NCBI GenBank assembly: GCA_046735395.1
Contig: JBJKQR010000042.1
Location: 1-57,512, forward strand
DNA length: 57,512 bases
Reading direction: 5' to 3'
Source of the DNA: Fidelibacterota bacterium
GTDB taxonomy: Bacteria; Fidelibacterota; Fidelibacteria; Fidelibacterales; DSDE01
In this document: one piece after another, positions 1 through 10,309 of the stretch
How positions within the stretch are numbered: the stretch's first letter is position 1
Layout: each line of letters begins with the position of its first letter
The notes under the pieces: model-generated
Seen by the model: the letters and a program-made list of their open reading frames with translations, nothing else
The model's database searches: none
Told to the model about the DNA's origin: nothing
Made by a program: the position numbers and the translations under genes

Positions 1-663
1 GTGCTTGGCGGACTGGGTGCAGGGAGCGGCCATAATCTGCATGGCTTTGGTTTCGGACTGGCCGGTCTGGGAGTCGGACGGGATATTTTTGGTGTTGCCA
101 TCGGTGCCCTGGGGCTGGGTGCAGGAAACAATATTACCGGAATGGCTGTCGGTGGGCTCGGTCTGGGCGCGGGCAAGGATTTTACCGGTGTTGCTTTCAG
201 TCTGGCCGGAACCGGATGCGGACAGGATTTCCTGGGATTTTCCTTTTCCGGAATTGGTATGGGAGCAGGTCGCAATATGACAGGATTTATGATATCTGGT
301 ATTGGAATGGGCGCAGGTGAAAATATCCGCGGTATTGCTCTGGCCGGCGCAGGAATCGGTGCGGGCAAAACCATTACAGGACTTGTTTTTGCCGGAGGAG
401 CGGTCGGTTCTCCGTCACTGAAAGGTATTATGCTGGCAATCGCTACGGTGAAAGTCATGGATGACGGGAAACTTACCGGTATTGCAGTATCCGGCTACAA
501 TAACATTCAGGGAACACAGAAGGGGGTAAGCGTGGGTCTTGTCAACAAAGCTGCACGTCTCCACGGATTTCAGTTCGGACTCATCAATATTGCCCGGAAC
601 AATCCGAAGGGCCTTCGGGTTCTCCCCCTACTAAATTTTCACCTGTCGAATGATGCAGACTAA
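1..663 (+). CDS. Gly-rich repeat surface protein, LA_2272-like (5' part probably outside window)
   Basis: ~16-aa repeats GxAxGxxGxGAGxNxx, ending in GVSVGLVN..LHGFQFGLIN..LPLLNF, typical of LA_2272-type repeats; frame open at window edge. Confidence 0.6.
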   Translation: MLGGLGAGSGHNLHGFGFGLAGLGVGRDIFGVAIGALGLGAGNNITGMAVGGLGLGAGKDFTGVAFSLAGTGCGQDFLGFSFSGIGMGAGRNMTGFMISGIGMGAGENIRGIALAGAGIGAGKTITGLVFAGGAVGSPSLKGIMLAIATVKVMDDGKLTGIAVSGYNNIQGTQKGVSVGLVNKAARLHGFQFGLINIARNNPKGLRVLPLLNFHLSNDAD

Positions 664-687
664 TTAAAACAAAAAAATGATGATGAT

Positions 688-714
688 AAAAGCCGGAACT
701 TTCCGGCTTTTTTT
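688..714. terminator. Bidirectional intrinsic terminator
   Basis: AAAAGCCGGAA-CT-TTCCGGCTTTTTTT between convergent genes. Confidence 0.85.
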
Positions 715-2389
715 ATTTCAGCAGAACGATTTTCCGGGTTTGACGATGAGCACCATGGCCTACTTCCAGGAAATAGAGTCCCGAACTTTCCGCTGAGAAA
801 TCCAATTCGATATTCAAATTGCCTCTGTGCCGGGCCACCGGATTTTCATGATGAATACGACGGCCGGACAGGTCGTAAACCGTCAGGGAATACCTGCCCG
901 GCTCTTCGATCTGCAGAGAAACCGTACAGACAGAATTGAAGGGATTCGGGAAGCTGTTGACGAGATTGAATGATTCAGAATGAACGATATATTTTTCGTT
1001 GAAACCGCTGGGAAGTGAATGTAAGGGAATTGTGCGATAGAGCAGACTGTCTTCCGGAATATCCGTTATCAGAAGCGTATCCGCGTATCCCGGGGCGGAA
1101 ATACTAAAGAATTGCGGTCCGGATAGAGAGAGCAGGATCGAAGTGCTGTCATCATTGCGGACAGCTGCGGCTGCCACGCCCGAAACGTTAAAGAAACTGA
1201 GATCCGGCCGGATGATCTCATGCGTATCCGCATCCTGAGCCTGAACGCACAGTCCCTGGCCTGAGGCCTGGATATAATGGTACATGGAGCGGAAATTGTA
1301 GCCGAAGATCCGGCGGAAATCTGAGGGATTACAGAATTTCAGATTACTCAGCTCAAAGGTGATATCCCGGCAGCGATAATAATAATTCAGATAATCCTGA
1401 AGCCCGCCATTCACCTGATACCAGGCATAGCCATTGATGATGCCGAATTCTGCTGACGGATCATTCAGGTTCAGGTAGTTTGGGCCGGAAAATGCGTGCA
1501 CCGTATCCGCGTAGGATCTGCTTCGGACGCGGAACCAGTCATCGAAAGGGTGAAGCTCCGCTTTGCGGTCCCAGGGATAATTCACGACTTCAGCTCCTGC
1601 ATGAATAGACATGGAAAGGAGAAAATGCCGTTCACGGATAAAATCCATCATCATCCGCACTTCCGGCTGAAGTGTATCCACATCCGCAATGTCGTCCGGA
1701 TCCGGATATATGCGGTTCATATCCTTGTGGCTCAACGAATATCTGGATGCGTAACTGATGCTTGTATCGGAGGGCAGATAACAGCCGTCCGGATTCATGA
1801 GCGGCAGAATGAATATTTCATGGTTATCAATCAGGTGACGGATTCGGGAATTGCCTGCGTAAGAATTGCAGAGCGTATCAGCCAGCTGCAGCAGGAGCAT
1901 GGAACCGATGAGTTCGTCACCGTGAATCTGTCCGTTCAGCAGCACTTCCGGTTCGCCTTCATCGCGACCCGAATTGTCAGAGAGTTTCAGATAATACAGC
2001 TGATGATGTCCCGGCGTGAGTCCCAGGCTGTCCAGCCGGCATATTCCGGGATAGCTGTTTTCCAGATAAAGCAGATAATCACGCAGTGTCGCATAGGTGG
2101 GAAATGCATTCCATGTCCGCAGTTCCTCAATACTTCGGGCCAGGGGTACGCTTCCTTTCGCCGCAGGATGAAGAATTTCAAAGGGAAAATTCAGAGCGGC
2201 CGTCTTTTTCAGAGAAGGGAGGACTGCGAAGACCGTATCGCCGCGAATGGCGTCAATGCTCAGATCGGCGGATAAGGCTCCGTTCTGCATCAGATCATGT
2301 TTGGAAAATCGTATATTGATATCACCTGCTGCCAGAAATAGCGGAATGATCAGCAGAAATATCACTTTTAGCGGATTATAACCTGTCAT
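713..2389 (-). CDS. M14 zinc carboxypeptidase with C-terminal secretion-sorting (T9SS type A-like) domain
   Basis: Signal peptide; IHGDE (HxxE), DMNR, SIHAG and ITFEL motifs; C-terminal NSFPNPFN...VYDLSGR...SGLYF...KIVLLK. Confidence 0.85.
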   Translation of the reverse strand: MTGYNPLKVIFLLIIPLFLAAGDINIRFSKHDLMQNGALSADLSIDAIRGDTVFAVLPSLKKTAALNFPFEILHPAAKGSVPLARSIEELRTWNAFPTYATLRDYLLYLENSYPGICRLDSLGLTPGHHQLYYLKLSDNSGRDEGEPEVLLNGQIHGDELIGSMLLLQLADTLCNSYAGNSRIRHLIDNHEIFILPLMNPDGCYLPSDTSISYASRYSLSHKDMNRIYPDPDDIADVDTLQPEVRMMMDFIRERHFLLSMSIHAGAEVVNYPWDRKAELHPFDDWFRVRSRSYADTVHAFSGPNYLNLNDPSAEFGIINGYAWYQVNGGLQDYLNYYYRCRDITFELSNLKFCNPSDFRRIFGYNFRSMYHYIQASGQGLCVQAQDADTHEIIRPDLSFFNVSGVAAAAVRNDDSTSILLSLSGPQFFSISAPGYADTLLITDIPEDSLLYRTIPLHSLPSGFNEKYIVHSESFNLVNSFPNPFNSVCTVSLQIEEPGRYSLTVYDLSGRRIHHENPVARHRGNLNIELDFSAESSGLYFLEVGHGAHRQTRKIVLLK

Positions 2390-3876
2390 GATTCTTCCGG
2401 GGATATGAGAATATCCTTTTCATATTGATAGCGGACTTTGCCCGGTGCGGCGCCGCGAATTTTGGAGACGTAACGCCGTTCTGTGCAGACCACGGATACG
2501 AGCCCGGAATGCTTTTCCTCGCTGAAGCGGGCGGCCAGCCGCGCGGCAAAATTCAGGTCCTTTCTGTCGACCGCTGCGCCAGCGCAGCGAATCAGTACAT
2601 GCGAACCGCGGGAATGACGGGCATGCAGCCACAGATCCTTCTTATGGGCCAGATGAAAGGTCATTTCATCATTCTGCCGGGCGGATTTTCCCACCCAGAT
2701 TCTGAATCCGGACGGAGACAGAAATTCCCGATAGGGACGGCCTTCTCCCGAATCCGTGGATTTTTCATCCGGAACAGCTGTCAATAAGGATGACCATGTT
2801 TTGCGGAATGTATCCATGTCAGCGTTGTTGCTGCAGAGCTTCAGAGCCTCCTGCGCGGCCTGAACTTCAGCAAGCGACGATCTCAGTTCAGGAATCCGCA
2901 GCTCATTCATTTTAATCCTCTGAAGCAGGTCTGCGGATTTACGGTAGAATCCGTCAATGTTTTCATTCAGACTTCGCCCTTCGTCCAGGTGAATGATTTC
3001 CGGCATACCCGGCTGCTGTAAATAGTCGGGTACGGCAATGTCCTTCATTCCTTCCGTCAGGCTGTGGCGAAGGCCATTCAGTGTATCTGCCATGAAGCGG
3101 TACAGGGCGCTTTTTCGCTGCAGATCATCCGCGTTACCCATACGGGCAAGATTCCGGCTGAGGTAACTGTCCTTGCGCTGCAGCTCCTGGCTCAGCCGTT
3201 TCCGTTTTTCCTCCATATCTCCGCTGTTCAGAGTCGTGATAATGAAACGATGGTAATTTTCGTAGAACGTATCCGGATCGAACTGCGTGTCCTTATCTGC
3301 CTTCAGGATGAAACGATTCTGCCAGGGTTGCCCGTTGGAGCGATTGATCTGATCGTAAAGACCCTCATCATTATCGCAGCCGAACACCTCATGAATATTT
3401 GCTGTCCAGAACCGGTTGAAGCGGGCATCTTCGGAAATATTCGAATGGTTGACAGCTGCTGTCTCAGTCCAGGATTCATCCAGTGAGCGGCCTTTTCTGA
3501 ACTGAACGGACCGTCCGTCCCTGCGCAGATAAAATACATTTCCGGCTCCCGAACGAAAGGAAAGAATGAGCCGATTTCCGGACCGAAACCGCAGAATCAT
3601 ATCCCGGTCTTCACCCTGCATGACACAGCTTTCCAGAATTTCATTTTCCAGATCGGGAAATATGCGGATATGACGTTTGGGAATATGGAAGGGTTTGAGA
3701 AAGATAAAATGAAAGGGCGGCCCGAATGTGATCTGCAGGGAAGGCCTGTCCGGATTCGCGTTATGCAGGATCAATTCATTCTTCTTATAGGAAAATGCAC
3801 GGTCGAAAACGTGGTCTCTTACCTGATCCGAAAGGACCTGTGTGAGTTTTTCGAATGTATACCAATTATTAATCAT
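2386..3876 (-). CDS. NFACT/RqcH (Rqc2, FbpA-like) ribosome quality-control protein
   Basis: Central coiled coil; C-terminal NFACT-R domain IWVGKSARQND..DLWLHAR..GSHV..AARFS..PGKV. Confidence 0.8.
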   Translation of the reverse strand: MINNWYTFEKLTQVLSDQVRDHVFDRAFSYKKNELILHNANPDRPSLQITFGPPFHFIFLKPFHIPKRHIRIFPDLENEILESCVMQGEDRDMILRFRSGNRLILSFRSGAGNVFYLRRDGRSVQFRKGRSLDESWTETAAVNHSNISEDARFNRFWTANIHEVFGCDNDEGLYDQINRSNGQPWQNRFILKADKDTQFDPDTFYENYHRFIITTLNSGDMEEKRKRLSQELQRKDSYLSRNLARMGNADDLQRKSALYRFMADTLNGLRHSLTEGMKDIAVPDYLQQPGMPEIIHLDEGRSLNENIDGFYRKSADLLQRIKMNELRIPELRSSLAEVQAAQEALKLCSNNADMDTFRKTWSSLLTAVPDEKSTDSGEGRPYREFLSPSGFRIWVGKSARQNDEMTFHLAHKKDLWLHARHSRGSHVLIRCAGAAVDRKDLNFAARLAARFSEEKHSGLVSVVCTERRYVSKIRGAAPGKVRYQYEKDILISPEES

Positions 3877-4295
3877 GATGAAACAGAAGGGAAGCCAAGC
3901 TGCATATGTCGCCGCATGATGCAGTCATCCATAACGAGCGGGATTCCGGTCTCCCGGCACAGCGCCGCCGCATCCTCGGAGATGACGCCGTCCTGCAGCC
4001 AGACATATTTGAGCGGACGTGCATCGATAGCAGATTTTACCAGTTCCGCCGCGAATTCGGATTTTCGAAAGACAAGCAGTAAATCAATGCTCCGGTCATC
4101 GGGGACGGACGCTACATCCGGATAGGCTTTGAGTCCGAAAACGGAATCGAGGCCGGGATTTATGGGAATAATTTCGTATCCGGCCGTCAGCAGATAATGG
4201 GCAACCCGGTTGGAGGCGCGATAGGGCTTATCTGAAATGCCGGCAACGGCTATGCTGCGTACAGAGGTCAGGATGTCCGGGATGAGGGAGTTCAT
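3873..4295 (-). CDS. CoA-binding protein (YccU family)
   Basis: SIAVAGISDKPYRAS..IIPINP..VWLQDG..DDCI; start moved to ATG 4295, right after the upstream stop, removing a large overlap. Confidence 0.85.
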   Translation of the reverse strand: MNSLIPDILTSVRSIAVAGISDKPYRASNRVAHYLLTAGYEIIPINPGLDSVFGLKAYPDVASVPDDRSIDLLLVFRKSEFAAELVKSAIDARPLKYVWLQDGVISEDAAALCRETGIPLVMDDCIMRRHMQLGFPSVSS

Positions 4296-4296
4296 G

Positions 4297-5208
4297 CTAT
4301 TTTTGCCGGAAACTGAAAAAGTCTCTGAAAACATAACCGCCGATATCGGGATTTTCCAGAACGCGACGCGAGGCATAGGCATACCATTCGGTCCCGAAGG
4401 GAACATAATAACGTACCGTGTAACCGGCATCTCTCAGCTCCTGCAGCGTTCGGTCAATGGGAACACCCAGAAGACTCTGAAACTCAAAGCGATCCTTTGA
4501 AAATGCCTTTTCCTCGCAATATTCACGAATGGATCGGATGATCTCCAGATCATGGCTGGCGATGGCCACATACTGTCCGTCATCCAGCATGCGCCGGATG
4601 AGACGGATGGCATTCTGACGGATCTCAGACTTGTCCTTGAATGCAATTGCCGGGCTTTCCTTGTAGATACCCTTGCAGATGCGAAGATTGGTACCGTCGG
4701 CCATTAAAGCCTTTACATCCTCCCCGGACCGGTGCAGATAAGCCTGAATGACAACCCCCACGCCTTCCGGCCAGAACTCCCGGGCGCGTCGGTACATATC
4801 CAGCGTCGCATCGGTGAGGCTGCTGTCCTCCATGTCAATACGGACGAATATATTGAGATTCCGGGCTTTGTTAAGGATCCGGAGTAACTGATTCCACGCA
4901 TGATTCCGGTCAATATGCAGGCCAAGCTGGGATAATTTCAGAGAGATGTTCCCCTTGACGCCTTGTTTGTCGATGGCATCCAGGACATTCAGGTACTGTG
5001 TAACGGGGCTCAGTGTCTGTTCAAGAGATACGGCCGATTCTCCCAATACATCCATGGTGACGAGAAAGCCATCCCGATTGAGTTGACTGATGCGCTTCAG
5101 TGCTTCTTCCAGAGTGACACCGGCGATGTAACGGCGCGCGACCATTCCAACCAGTTTTCTGGGTAATAATGGCATGGTGAGATGTATCAGAGAATTCAGA
5201 GCTTTCAT
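4297..5208 (-). CDS. Monofunctional proline dehydrogenase
   Basis: RYIAG, DVLGE, SLKLSQLG, RIDMED, QAYL, RICKGIY, ASHD, YVPFG..YASRR motifs. Confidence 0.9.
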   Translation of the reverse strand: MKALNSLIHLTMPLLPRKLVGMVARRYIAGVTLEEALKRISQLNRDGFLVTMDVLGESAVSLEQTLSPVTQYLNVLDAIDKQGVKGNISLKLSQLGLHIDRNHAWNQLLRILNKARNLNIFVRIDMEDSSLTDATLDMYRRAREFWPEGVGVVIQAYLHRSGEDVKALMADGTNLRICKGIYKESPAIAFKDKSEIRQNAIRLIRRMLDDGQYVAIASHDLEIIRSIREYCEEKAFSKDRFEFQSLLGVPIDRTLQELRDAGYTVRYYVPFGTEWYAYASRRVLENPDIGGYVFRDFFSFRQK

Positions 5209-5338
5209 TTCATTGTCCTTATTAACTTCATTTTAGGCCGAATTTACGGAAAGTCCGCATTGACTACAATTTGAATATTTTTGGCTTCAGCAAATTATCT
5301 GTTGATTCCCAGCCTGAGCTGCTGCAATTTTAGCGGTG

Positions 5339-5740
5339 ATGTCAGCAGATTCCATAACAGCGAATTCATCCATGCCCTATATTCTTCTCGTCGATGATGA
5401 AGACTGTATCCGCAGCAGTATCCGTGAATTTCTGGAGCGGGAGGGATATGAGATCAGAACGGCCGGCAGCGCAGAAAGCGCCATAGAGATACTGAAGGAT
5501 ACGAAACCCGTTCTGCTAATCTGTGATATGATTTTACCGCAGCAAAACGGAGATTCGGTTATTTCGGAACTGCAGCAATGTCATGGAAATGACGTCCCCG
5601 TATTGGTGATGACCGGTCTGCCCGATGATGAAACGGAAGCCCGGTTAAGGAAGGAATTCGGAATACAGGCTTACCTGCCCAAACCCTTTTCCCGAAGTGA
5701 ACTGCTGGATCTTGTGAGAATGTCCCTTTCATCAAAGTGA
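5339..5740 (+). CDS. Stand-alone response regulator receiver
   Basis: ILLVDDE, CDMILP, MTG, KPF; start could also be 5372. Confidence 0.85.
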   Translation: MSADSITANSSMPYILLVDDEDCIRSSIREFLEREGYEIRTAGSAESAIEILKDTKPVLLICDMILPQQNGDSVISELQQCHGNDVPVLVMTGLPDDETEARLRKEFGIQAYLPKPFSRSELLDLVRMSLSSK

Positions 5741-5805
5741 TTGTTATCAGGAAACGATTGTTCTATATTGCCTTCAAATGCTAACGAAGTACAGGAGATA
5801 GTACC

Positions 5806-7209
5806 ATGCCATGGGAGCTGAATGTTAATTTAAAAGATGTTATCCTTGATTTTACTTATCTGAGCCTGTTTCTGATGGTTGGAACGATATTGAGACGATA
5901 TGTGACCGTTTTTCAGAAATTTCTCATACCGAATAATATTCTCGGTGGTTTTTTCGGCCTGATCGTCGGATCACAGGTTCTGAAAATCATTCCTCTTGAC
6001 GGGGAAAGACTGGGAATCTATGTGTATCATTTCCTGGCCCTGACCTTTATTATCATGGGCCTCAGAAAGGAAAAAACCAGCTGGGGCAAAGGGCCCTTGA
6101 GTAAAACCAATATTTCCATCCTCTGCTATCTGGGGCAGGGAATCAGCGGCCTGCTCATTGCCATTCTTCTTATCAAAACGCTGATGCCTGATCTTTTTCC
6201 GGGTATCGGGCTCCTGGTTCCTCTGGGCTTCGGAATGGGGCCGGGGCTCGCGTACGCCATGGGCAGCAGCTGGGAAGTGTATCATGGCGTGGAAGTCTTT
6301 CCGGGCGGGGGCATGGTCGGGCTCACATTTGCCTCCATCGGATATCTGGTGGCCTTTTTCGGTGGCCTCGGCTTCATTTCCTGGGGTATAAAAAATCATA
6401 AGACAAAACTCATCAACGGGCTTGATGAAATCAGTGATGATCTTCGGAAGGGTATTCTGAAGGATTCGGAGCTTCCGATAGCCGGCAAACTCACGATGGC
6501 CACCGAGGCAATCGAACCCATGGCATTTCAGGTAGGCCTCATCGGAACGGTTTATCTGGCGACCTATATTGTGGTCAATTATCTGGCCGGTGTCCTTCAC
6601 GCGCACCATCTGGACGGCTTTGTGGCGACACTCTGGTCCTTTCATTTCATTTTTGCCATCCTGCTGTCACTTGCAGTCCGTAAGGTTCTTGATGTGACGA
6701 AACGGTCCTACATGATTGATACCGGGCTCATGAATCGCAGCGCCGGCATTCTTATCGATTATCTGGTAACTGCCTCCATTGCGGCGATATCCATTGCCGT
6801 GGTCAAAATGTACTGGCTGCCCATCCTCATCATGAGCATTGTGGGAGGCTTCATCACCTGGGGCATCATCTGGTGGGCCAGCTATCGCTCCTACGACGAT
6901 TATCCCTTCGAACGCTTCGTGGGTGTCTTCGGAGAAATGACCGGTACCATCAATTCCGGACTGGTGCTGATCCGTGTGACCGATCCGCAGTTCCAGACAG
7001 CAGTTGCCGAGGATTCCATCTACGGCGCCGGACTGACCATTTTTGTTGGATTTCCGCTCCTGATCATTCTGAACCTTCCCATGAATCTTTGGGCAAATTC
7101 ATTACCCGGATACTGGTACACCATCGGACTCTTCTTTATATATGCGATCATCATCATCGGATTCTGGCGCCTCATCGGCTATCTGAATTTCAAGCGTGTA
7201 CTGGATTAA
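5806..7209 (+). CDS. Sodium/glutamate symporter (GltS/ESS family)
   Basis: Polytopic membrane protein; FLIPNNILGG, LGFGMGPG, FGEMTGT..GLVLIRVTDP motifs. Confidence 0.7.
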   Translation: MPWELNVNLKDVILDFTYLSLFLMVGTILRRYVTVFQKFLIPNNILGGFFGLIVGSQVLKIIPLDGERLGIYVYHFLALTFIIMGLRKEKTSWGKGPLSKTNISILCYLGQGISGLLIAILLIKTLMPDLFPGIGLLVPLGFGMGPGLAYAMGSSWEVYHGVEVFPGGGMVGLTFASIGYLVAFFGGLGFISWGIKNHKTKLINGLDEISDDLRKGILKDSELPIAGKLTMATEAIEPMAFQVGLIGTVYLATYIVVNYLAGVLHAHHLDGFVATLWSFHFIFAILLSLAVRKVLDVTKRSYMIDTGLMNRSAGILIDYLVTASIAAISIAVVKMYWLPILIMSIVGGFITWGIIWWASYRSYDDYPFERFVGVFGEMTGTINSGLVLIRVTDPQFQTAVAEDSIYGAGLTIFVGFPLLIILNLPMNLWANSLPGYWYTIGLFFIYAIIIIGFWRLIGYLNFKRVLD

Positions 7210-7390
7210 GCGGTCCCAGACTTTAATACAGAATTAATATGGAATTTATCCTGGCATTTCTGCCGGGAAAAGTGAGCGGGCCAAGGGGCCCGTCTCATTA
7301 TGAATGGGAAATATCCGCACAAAAATTAATAAAAAAACAGTTTTACTATTCGAATACTTTTTCTATATTTTCGGGCTTTTTGAAACACGA

Positions 7391-7461
7391 TGGGTTGTCG
7401 TCCAACGGCAGGACATGCGGCTCTGGACCGTAGTATCGGGGTTCGAATCCCTGCAACCCAG
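7391..7461 (+). tRNA. tRNA-Gln(CTG)
   Basis: Acceptor TGGGTTG/CAACCCA, anticodon loop CT-CTG-GA, GTTCGAATCC; CCA not encoded. Confidence 0.95.
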
Positions 7462-7469
7462 CACGATTT

Positions 7470-7541
7470 GGCGCGTTCGTCTAGCGGTTAGGACGCTGGC
7501 CTCTCACGTCGGTAACACGGGTTCGAGTCCCGTACGCGCTA
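7470..7541 (+). tRNA. tRNA-Glu(CTC)
   Basis: Acceptor GGCGCGT/ACGCGCT, anticodon loop CT-CTC-AC, GTTCGAGTCC. Confidence 0.95.
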
Positions 7542-7552
7542 CATCCCGACAC

Positions 7553-7626
7553 GCGCCCATAGCTCAACTGGACAGAGCGTTTGGCTACGGACCAAAAGGT
7601 TGGGGGTTCGAGTCCTCCTGGGCGTA
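7553..7626 (+). tRNA. tRNA-Arg(ACG)
   Basis: Acceptor GCGCCCA/TGGGCGT, anticodon loop CT-ACG-GA, GTTCGAGTCC. Confidence 0.95.
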
Positions 7627-7629
7627 CTA

Positions 7630-7656
7630 AAAAGGCCTGCATCAGTCAGGCCTTTT
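7630..7656 (+). terminator. Intrinsic terminator of tRNA cluster
   Basis: AAAAGGCCTG-catcagt-CAGGCCTTTT. Confidence 0.8.
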
Positions 7657-7810
7657 GCTTTTTACAGCGGTTTATTATAATTATTTCATCATAAGCCCAC
7701 CAAATGAATTCTTCCGTAAACGCACGTCTGTGACAAGCTGTTTATGTCATGGATATTTCGGATTGAATATCCTAAATTTATGGCCTTAAACCGAAAGAGA
7801 AGGAACAAGA

Positions 7811-10228
7811 ATGGCATCGGGATATCCCTTTAAGGACATTGAACAGAAATGGCAGGATCGCTGGGAAAAGAACAAAACCTTCAAAACCGGCGAAGATCCG
7901 TCAAAACCGAAATATTATATTCTGGATATGTTTCCCTATCCCAGCGGACAGGGGCTGCATGTGGGACATCCGGAAGGCTATACAGCCAGTGATATTCTGG
8001 CCCGCTACAAGCGCATGAAGGGCTACAATGTTCTGCATCCCATGGGCTTTGATGCCTTCGGGCTTCCCGCTGAAACCTATGCTCTGCAGACCGGAACCCA
8101 CCCGAAGATTACTACGGAACGGAATATTGCAAATTTTACCCGCCAGCTGAAACTCTTCGGTTTTTCCTACGACTGGGACCGGGTCGTGAATACCACCGAT
8201 CCGGGTTATTACAAATGGACACAGTGGATTTTTCTGAAATTATGGGAAAAAGGGCTGGTCTATGAAGCGGAAACGCCCGTCTGGTACTGTCCGGCTCTGA
8301 AGTCCGTCCTGGCCAATGAAGAAGTGGTGGACGGCAAGAGTGAGCGTGGAAATCATCCGGTGGAACGCATTATGCTGAAACAGTGGATGCTGCGGATTAC
8401 GGCTTATGCTGATCGCCTGCTCGAAGGACTGGAAGGTCTGGACTGGCCCGATTCGGTGAAGGAAATGCAGCGGAACTGGATCGGACGCAGTGAGGGCGCA
8501 GAAGTGGATTTTGCCGTCGATGGCCATTCAGAACTCATTCGCGTCTTTACCACACGTCCCGATACGCTTTTCGGGGCAACCTATATGGTCCTGTCACCCG
8601 AGCACCAGCTTGTGGATGTCATTACTACAGCGGAGCACCGTTCAGCTGTCGATGCCTATCGTATGGAAGCAGCCCGGAAATCCGATCTGGACAGAACCGA
8701 TCTCGCGAAGGAAAAAACGGGGCAGTTTACCGGCGCTTACGCCATAAATCCCATAAACGGTGAGAATATCCCCATCTGGATCGCGGATTATGTTCTCATT
8801 TCCTACGGAACCGGCGCGATTATGGCTGTACCGGCCCACGACCAGCGGGACTGGGAATTTGCCCGTGAATTTGATCTGCCCATCGTTCCTGTCATCGAAG
8901 GCGGTGATATCGAAAGTGAAGCCTGGACCGGCGACGGAACCCATATCAACAGCGGTTTCATGAACGGGATGAATAAAGCAGACGCCATCCGTACCACCAT
9001 CGGATATCTCGAGGAAAAGAAAATCGGACAGCGGAGCATTAATTACAAACTTCGGGACTGGCTCTTCAGCCGTCAGCGCTACTGGGGTGAACCGATTCCG
9101 CTGTACAAGAATGAGGCAGGAGAGACCTTCGCCCTGAATGAAGATGAATTGCCGCTCACGCTCCCGGAAGTGGAAAAATATGAACCCTCCGGCCGGGGCG
9201 AAAGCCCGCTGGCATCCATCCGCAACTGGGTGGAATTTAAAAATGCAAAGGGCGAAACCTGTTTCCGTGAAACTCACACCATGCCTCAATGGGCCGGATC
9301 AAACTGGTATTACCTGAGATATATCGATCCCCGGAATGATGATGCCCTGGTTGATCCGGAACTGGAAAAGTACTGGATGAACGTGGATTTCTACATCGGC
9401 GGGGCGGAACACGCTGTTTTACACCTTCTGTACGCGCGTTTCTGGCACAAGGTACTCTATGATTTCGGTGTGGTTTCCACCGATGAACCTTTTCACAAGC
9501 TCCTCAATCAGGGCCTGATCCTGGGTGAGGACGGCGAGAAGATGAGCAAGAGCCGGGGGAATGTCATCAATCCGGATGATGTCATTGCCGACTTCGGCGC
9601 CGATTCCCTGCGTCTCTATGAAATGTTTATGGGTCCCATCGAGCGCCCCAAACCCTGGTCCATGAGCGGAATTGCCGGGATTCACCGTTTTCTGAACCGC
9701 ATCTATAGATTATATATTGAAGACGCTGCGCTGAATCCGAATATTTCAGAAACAGCATCAAGTGACAGTATGACAAGAACTTACCACAAAACAGTTAAAG
9801 TCGTAACCGGGCATATAGAGCAGACACGCTTCAATACCGCCATTGCCCAGATGATGGTATTTGTGAATGAAGCTTACAAGGAACAGACACTGAACCGCCA
9901 GATCCTGACCGGATTCCTTCAGCTGCTGTCCCCCTTTGCACCGCATATTGCGGAAGAGCTCTGGGAAAAGCTCGGAGAAAAGGAAAACATCAATACGGCA
10001 GCCTGGCCTGAATATGATGAAGCTTTTGTTGTTGAAGAAGTGATGGAGTATCCGGTTATGTTCAATGGCAAACTTCGCTTCAAACTTGCCCTGCCCGCCG
10101 AAACGGCCGCCGATGAGGTGGAGCGGCAGCTGAGAGCAGATGAACGGTTTGCTCATTACTGCGGAGACAAGGCTGTGGCCATGCTCAAGATCATTCCCGG
10201 AAAGATTATTACGGTGGCTTTGAAATAG
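7811..10228 (+). CDS. leuS: Leucine--tRNA ligase
   Basis: [21 protein letters not shown] editing domain, SRQRYWG, KMSKS. Confidence 0.98.
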   Translation: MASGYPFKDIEQKWQDRWEKNKTFKTGEDPSKPKYYILDMFPYPSGQGLHVGHPEGYTASDILARYKRMKGYNVLHPMGFDAFGLPAETYALQTGTHPKITTERNIANFTRQLKLFGFSYDWDRVVNTTDPGYYKWTQWIFLKLWEKGLVYEAETPVWYCPALKSVLANEEVVDGKSERGNHPVERIMLKQWMLRITAYADRLLEGLEGLDWPDSVKEMQRNWIGRSEGAEVDFAVDGHSELIRVFTTRPDTLFGATYMVLSPEHQLVDVITTAEHRSAVDAYRMEAARKSDLDRTDLAKEKTGQFTGAYAINPINGENIPIWIADYVLISYGTGAIMAVPAHDQRDWEFAREFDLPIVPVIEGGDIESEAWTGDGTHINSGFMNGMNKADAIRTTIGYLEEKKIGQRSINYKLRDWLFSRQRYWGEPIPLYKNEAGETFALNEDELPLTLPEVEKYEPSGRGESPLASIRNWVEFKNAKGETCFRETHTMPQWAGSNWYYLRYIDPRNDDALVDPELEKYWMNVDFYIGGAEHAVLHLLYARFWHKVLYDFGVVSTDEPFHKLLNQGLILGEDGEKMSKSRGNVINPDDVIADFGADSLRLYEMFMGPIERPKPWSMSGIAGIHRFLNRIYRLYIEDAALNPNISETASSDSMTRTYHKTVKVVTGHIEQTRFNTAIAQMMVFVNEAYKEQTLNRQILTGFLQLLSPFAPHIAEELWEKLGEKENINTAAWPEYDEAFVVEEVMEYPVMFNGKLRFKLALPAETAADEVERQLRADERFAHYCGDKAVAMLKIIPGKIITVALK

Positions 10229-10309
10229 ATCAACACTTTCCTGTCATGACAGACCGGGAGGGAAGGTTTTACACTAAGAATTAATTAATCGATATACAGA
10301 GGACCGCTC

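Noticed and set aside
4296..4430. 45-aa N-terminal extension of the CoA-binding protein given in the ORF track
   Set aside because: Overlaps the proline dehydrogenase 3' end; ATG 4295 gives the normal family length
7304..7630. 108-aa ORF (and 53747..53938)
   Set aside because: Translations running across tRNA genes
7660..7810. T-box leader for leuS
   Set aside because: Region is short and has no T-box consensus or terminator/antiterminator
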